Below, one piece after another: positions 60,243-64,000 of a stretch of DNA of 64,000 nucleotides. The notes beneath the pieces were generated by a model. It was not told where the DNA came from, did not search any database, and saw only the letters and a program-made list of their open reading frames with translations. Each line of letters starts with the position of its first letter. The first letter of the stretch is position 1. The position numbers were made by a program, and so were the translations under genes. Source of the stretch: Vicinamibacteria bacterium (GTDB lineage: Bacteria > Acidobacteriota > Vicinamibacteria > Marinacidobacterales > Marinacidobacteraceae); contig OY821641.1 in NCBI GenBank assembly GCA_963555995.3, positions 224,001 through 288,000 on the forward strand. Reading direction: 5' to 3'.

Positions 60243-61067
60243 TCAAACCTGGCACCTCGGGCAGTAGAAGGAGGACCGGCCCGCGATCGGGATGCGGGCG
60301 ATCACCCCCCGCCGGCACCGCGGGCAGGCGTCGCCCTCGCGGCCATAGACGAAGAAACGGGCCGAGGTGCTCTGCCGGCCGGCCTCGCCGTCGCTCAGGT
60401 AGAGGATCTCGGGAGTCCGGGTGCTGCGGATCGAGCGGCGCAGCGTCCAGCGGATCGCGCGCTGGAGCTTCGCGGCCTCCCGGTCTCCGAGTTCGGCCGC
60501 GTTCCGCGCCGGGTGGATACCGGCGCGCCAGAGCGCCTCGGCCGCCTGGATGTTGCCGATCCCGGCGATCCGGTCCTGGTCCATGAGGAGCGACTTCACC
60601 GGCCGGCGGCTCGCGCGGAGCAGCGCCGCGAGACACTTTCCCGTGAATGCCGGTCCGAGGGGTTCCGCGCCGAGGCGGGCAAGCCGTTCTTCATCTGCCG
60701 GAAGACATACCGAGAAGTGGCCGAAGCGCCGCTTGTCCGAGAAGAGCACCCGCCGCCCGCCGGCGATCCCGAGCGCCGCGCGGACTGCCGGCGGCTCGGC
60801 GTCGCCGGACTGGCGGAGCGCCCACTTGCCGCTCATGCCGAGGTGGCTGAGCAGCGCCGGGTCGCCCTCCCGGAACTCGATGCGCAGGAACTTGCCGCGC
60901 CGCCGGACCGCCGCCACCACCCGACCCTCGGCCGCCGCCCGGATCGCGCTCTCCGCCTGTCCCCGCCGGGTGAGTGGGTCGGGAACCGAGACCTCCCGCA
61001 GCCGTTTCCCGGCGAGCCAGGTGGTCAGGTTCTCGCGGTTCGCTTCCGCTTCCGGCAGTTCCGGCAA
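60243..61067 (-). CDS. mutM: Formamidopyrimidine-DNA glycosylase
   Basis: MPELPE, RRGKFL, HLGMSG, DKRRFG, AGIGNI, C-terminal zinc finger CPRC...CPRCQ. Confidence 0.93.
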   Translation of the reverse strand: MPELPEAEANRENLTTWLAGKRLREVSVPDPLTRRGQAESAIRAAAEGRVVAAVRRRGKFLRIEFREGDPALLSHLGMSGKWALRQSGDAEPPAVRAALGIAGGRRVLFSDKRRFGHFSVCLPADEERLARLGAEPLGPAFTGKCLAALLRASRRPVKSLLMDQDRIAGIGNIQAAEALWRAGIHPARNAAELGDREAAKLQRAIRWTLRRSIRSTRTPEILYLSDGEAGRQSTSARFFVYGREGDACPRCRRGVIARIPIAGRSSFYCPRCQV

Positions 61068-61087
61068 GAGAACGTTCGGGAGGCACG

Positions 61088-63028
61088 TCAGCCGCCGCTC
61101 AGGATTTCGCTGACGGCGCGGTGGGCCTGGTCAATGGCGGACTGGGTGTAGGCGTAGGCGCCGGCGTCGGAGTTCGCGATCCGGATCCGGCCGAAGGGCC
61201 GGCGGCCGATCTCGTTGGGGGCCTCCCCGGGGGCGAAGGGCGGGTCCCACAGGGAGTTGAACTCGAAGGCGTAGCCGTGCGGCCAGCGGTTCACGGTGAG
61301 TCCCAGGATGTCGCGGGCCGGATCGAAGCCTCCGGGACCGAGGGCTCGCCCGAGCTGGCTCCGGGTCTCGCGTTCGAAGGTCTCGAAGCCCATTTCCAGC
61401 AGTTCGTGCTGTCCCGCGGCGTGCTGCACGCGGGCGCTGGCGCCGGGGAGACAGGGCGTGCGCACCGTGTGGAGCACGATGAGGTCCTCGGGACCGCTCG
61501 AGAAGTCGTAGCCCCCGATGCTCACCGGAAAATCGAGCGAGACGCTGGCGTGGAATCCGGCGGGGAAGTAGATGTTCGAGGTTCCCAGCGCAACGAACGA
61601 GGTCCAGTTCCGGATCAGGACGTTCGAATAGACGAGGGGCACCTTCGGGGGATAGGCGAGCGCCTCGCGCTGCTCCTCGGGGAGTTCGGGGAGCAGGTAG
61701 GGAATCACCCGGTTGTAACAGGCGAGGACGACGTGGCCCGCGTGGACCCGGGTCTCGGCGCCGTCCCGGACATAGGTGACGCTGGCCGGCGCGGCGCCGC
61801 CGTCCCGTACCCGGACCGCGGTGCTGTTGAGGCGGATGCGGCAGGGCGAATCGGGACGGTCGAGGGCGCCGTAATCAAGCCGCGCCTCGACGATGTCCTC
61901 CTGGGTGCTGCCCGCGGCGGCGCCCGGCACCAGCTTGCGCACCAGTAGCCGCGCGAGGGTGGCGTTCCCGTCCGGGAAGTGGAAGATGTAGGGGTCCGGG
62001 TCCTCGTTCGGCTTCGCCGTCAGGCTGAGCCGGGGATGGTCTCCCGCCGAGAGACCCATGTCCTGGAACCCTGGGTAGCCAAGGCCCCAGAGATCGAGCG
62101 CGGGAACCCCGTCCGGCCCCATGCCGAAGAGCCCGTGGGTGCGCTGCCGGTAGAGCGCCTGGATCTCGGCGCCCATCCCGAGCGCCTCGAGGAAGGCCTC
62201 GTAGCTGGTGGCGGCGAGTTGCTGCTTCTTGGCCTTTTCGTCGAGATCGGGCCACGGATCCCCCGGGGCCTCGTAGAGCCGAACCAACTCGGCGCGCCCG
62301 GCCTCGCTCAACGGGGTCTCGGCGGCGAACTCGGCGACGGGGCGCCGCCCCATGCCGGTGACCAGACGGTCCTCGCCGAAGTCCTCGCTGCCGAAGAAGA
62401 CCGAGTTCCGGAGTCCGTGGGACCGGTAGAGATCGCGGTCGAAGGCGGTGAAGAAGACGTCGAGGTCCACCCCCAGATCGTCCAGCAGGCCGTTCACCAC
62501 CGGGGTGAAGGTGGAGGGGGAGTCGAGGGACTGGGTGCCGCCGTAGCCGAGCACGGTGCGGCCATCGTGGGTGAACTCGTTCCGCTTCGCGTGGCCGCCG
62601 AAGTCGTCGTGGTTGTCGAGGATCAGGATCCGCGCCTCCGGGAACGACTTGCGGTAGAACCACGCCGCGCTGAGGCCGCTGATGCCGCCTCCCACCACCA
62701 CCAGGTCGAAACTCCCCCCGTCGGCGGCGCTCGAGTCGTCCCAGGACCCGCCGTTCTCCACCCGGTCGCGCAGCTCGTGGGCGACCTCGAAGGAACCCGG
62801 ATGGCTGCCCCGCAGCCCGGTCAGCGCGGGAGGATAGGGGCCGCTCGGCGCGGGCGCGGTACAGGCGCCGAGCAGCCAGCCGGAGGCCCCCGGCAGCGCG
62901 AGCGCCCCCACGCCCACCGGTAGCCCGTTCAGGAAGTCCCGGCGGCTGATCTTCCGGTGCATCCCGAGTTCGCGGTCGCTCCTCCGGGTCTGGCCGGCGG
63001 CAGGAACGGGGTCTCGATCCCTGGTCAT
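61088..63028 (-). CDS. Spermidine dehydrogenase-like FAD oxidoreductase with Tat signal
   Basis: ISRRDFLNG, YPPALTGLRGSHPGSFEVAH, VGGGISG, DNHDDFGGHAKRNEF, HFPDGNA, VNRWPHGYA. Confidence 0.8.
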   Translation of the reverse strand: MTRDRDPVPAAGQTRRSDRELGMHRKISRRDFLNGLPVGVGALALPGASGWLLGACTAPAPSGPYPPALTGLRGSHPGSFEVAHELRDRVENGGSWDDSSAADGGSFDLVVVGGGISGLSAAWFYRKSFPEARILILDNHDDFGGHAKRNEFTHDGRTVLGYGGTQSLDSPSTFTPVVNGLLDDLGVDLDVFFTAFDRDLYRSHGLRNSVFFGSEDFGEDRLVTGMGRRPVAEFAAETPLSEAGRAELVRLYEAPGDPWPDLDEKAKKQQLAATSYEAFLEALGMGAEIQALYRQRTHGLFGMGPDGVPALDLWGLGYPGFQDMGLSAGDHPRLSLTAKPNEDPDPYIFHFPDGNATLARLLVRKLVPGAAAGSTQEDIVEARLDYGALDRPDSPCRIRLNSTAVRVRDGGAAPASVTYVRDGAETRVHAGHVVLACYNRVIPYLLPELPEEQREALAYPPKVPLVYSNVLIRNWTSFVALGTSNIYFPAGFHASVSLDFPVSIGGYDFSSGPEDLIVLHTVRTPCLPGASARVQHAAGQHELLEMGFETFERETRSQLGRALGPGGFDPARDILGLTVNRWPHGYAFEFNSLWDPPFAPGEAPNEIGRRPFGRIRIANSDAGAYAYTQSAIDQAHRAVSEILSGG

Positions 63029-63185
63029 CGCGCCTTCAATCTTCCCACTTTCCGGCGCGGCCTGGTTCGCCGTCCGATAAAGTGGCCGTTCCGCTCCGTC
63101 CTTCCGGCGGCCGTTCCTTGCAACCAGCGAAGTCCCGACCCGAGACGCTCCGCGTCCTCTCCACACTCGCCGGAGAGTGCAGGTG

Positions 63186-64000
63186 ATGCGGCGCCGCCGG
63201 TTCCTGACTTCGGTCGCGGGTGTCGCGGTGGTCTCGGGCTACCGCGGAATCCCGGCGGCCGCGCGGCTCAACGGACGGATCGGCGTCGTCGGCGGGGGCA
63301 TCCTGGGGTGCTCCATCGCGCTCCACCTCGCGCGCCGGGGCGCCGACGTCACCGTCTTCGAGCGCGAGGGGCCCGCGGCCGGCGCCACCGGGAACTCCTT
63401 CGCCTGGATGAACGCCAGTTTCTTGAAGCGTCCGCACTCGTACCACGAACTGAACTGGCGGGGCCTCCAGGGCTGGCGGCGGCTCGAGGCCGAACTCGGC
63501 GGCGCGCTCGAGGTGAGCTGGGGCGGCAGCCTGGAGTACCGCATCGAGGCCGATCGCGTGCGGCTCCTTCACGAGCAGCTCGCGCGGAGTCAGCGCTGGG
63601 GCTATCCCATCCATCAGGTGGACGAAGCCCGGTTCCGCGAACTCGAGCCGGGACTGACCCCGGAGGGGCCGGTCCTCGCGGCGATCTGGGCGAGCGCCGA
63701 GGGACACATCGAGCCGCGTTCGGCGACCCGCGCGCTCTGGGCGACGGCCGAGGCCGCCGGGGCGAGATTCCTGATTGCCGAGGTGGAGGCGTTGGACATC
63801 GGCTATGGCGTCCTGCGGGGTGTCCGGACGTCGGCCGGCGACCATGAACTCGACACGCTGGTCCTCGCGGCCGGCGTTCAGGCGCCCGGGCTGGCGCGCC
63901 AGGCGGGGGTCGCCGTGCCCCTCATCGAGTCCCCGGGCATCCTTGCCCATTCGACTCCGGCGAAGTCGGTGGTGAACCGGATCGTGTTGGCGCCGAACAT
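63186..64000 (+). CDS. FAD-dependent oxidoreductase (DadA/glycine oxidase-like) with Tat signal, truncated by the window end
   Basis: MRRRRFL signal; IGVVGGGILGCSIALHLARRG; GATGNSFAWMN; frame open to the window end. Confidence 0.85.
   Translation, partial: MRRRRFLTSVAGVAVVSGYRGIPAAARLNGRIGVVGGGILGCSIALHLARRGADVTVFEREGPAAGATGNSFAWMNASFLKRPHSYHELNWRGLQGWRRLEAELGGALEVSWGGSLEYRIEADRVRLLHEQLARSQRWGYPIHQVDEARFRELEPGLTPEGPVLAAIWASAEGHIEPRSATRALWATAEAAGARFLIAEVEALDIGYGVLRGVRTSAGDHELDTLVLAAGVQAPGLARQAGVAVPLIESPGILAHSTPAKSVVNRIVLAPN

Noticed and set aside
63109-63122. GG-N9-GC sigma-54-like motif upstream of the last oxidoreductase
   Set aside because: Spacing is 9 rather than the required 10 nt.

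Overview
A very GC-rich bacterial chromosomal segment, probably Acidobacteriota. That assignment is inferred from the GWxTD protein, the carboxypeptidase-regulatory/TPR proteins and the Oar-type TonB receptor. Core genes include thiD-moaE-moaD, an MrfA/MrfB-like helicase-exonuclease pair, a TRAP transporter, eno, serS, pncA-pncB (pncB frameshifted near its 3' end), dprA-topA-xerC, an MFP-RND-RND efflux operon, mutM/fpg and several exported FAD oxidoreductases. There are five tRNAs: Sec-UCA, Ala-GGC, Ser-GCU, Gln-CUG and Ser-UGA. Accessory cargo comprises two VapC toxin-antitoxin loci (one with an extra coupled gene) and an AAA/DUF4143 ATPase-nuclease plus a remnant of a second. I found no CRISPR array, prophage or transposase. 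Two signals stand out. (1) Two families of structured intergenic repeats: 16 REP-like palindromes, and a ~184-bp inverted-repeat element that has inserted into a copy of itself and shows covarying, G-T-wobble arms. Both carry c(GNA)g mini-hairpins suggestive of single-stranded-DNA function. (2) A candidate sigma-54 envelope module: a PDZ/GAF/PAS kinase, sigma-54 activator and GWxTD-TPR operon, plus a -24/-12 promoter ahead of a TPR, lipoprotein and metallopeptidase/beta-propeller/Omp85 operon. All calls come from reading the sequence and motifs; no database searches were run.
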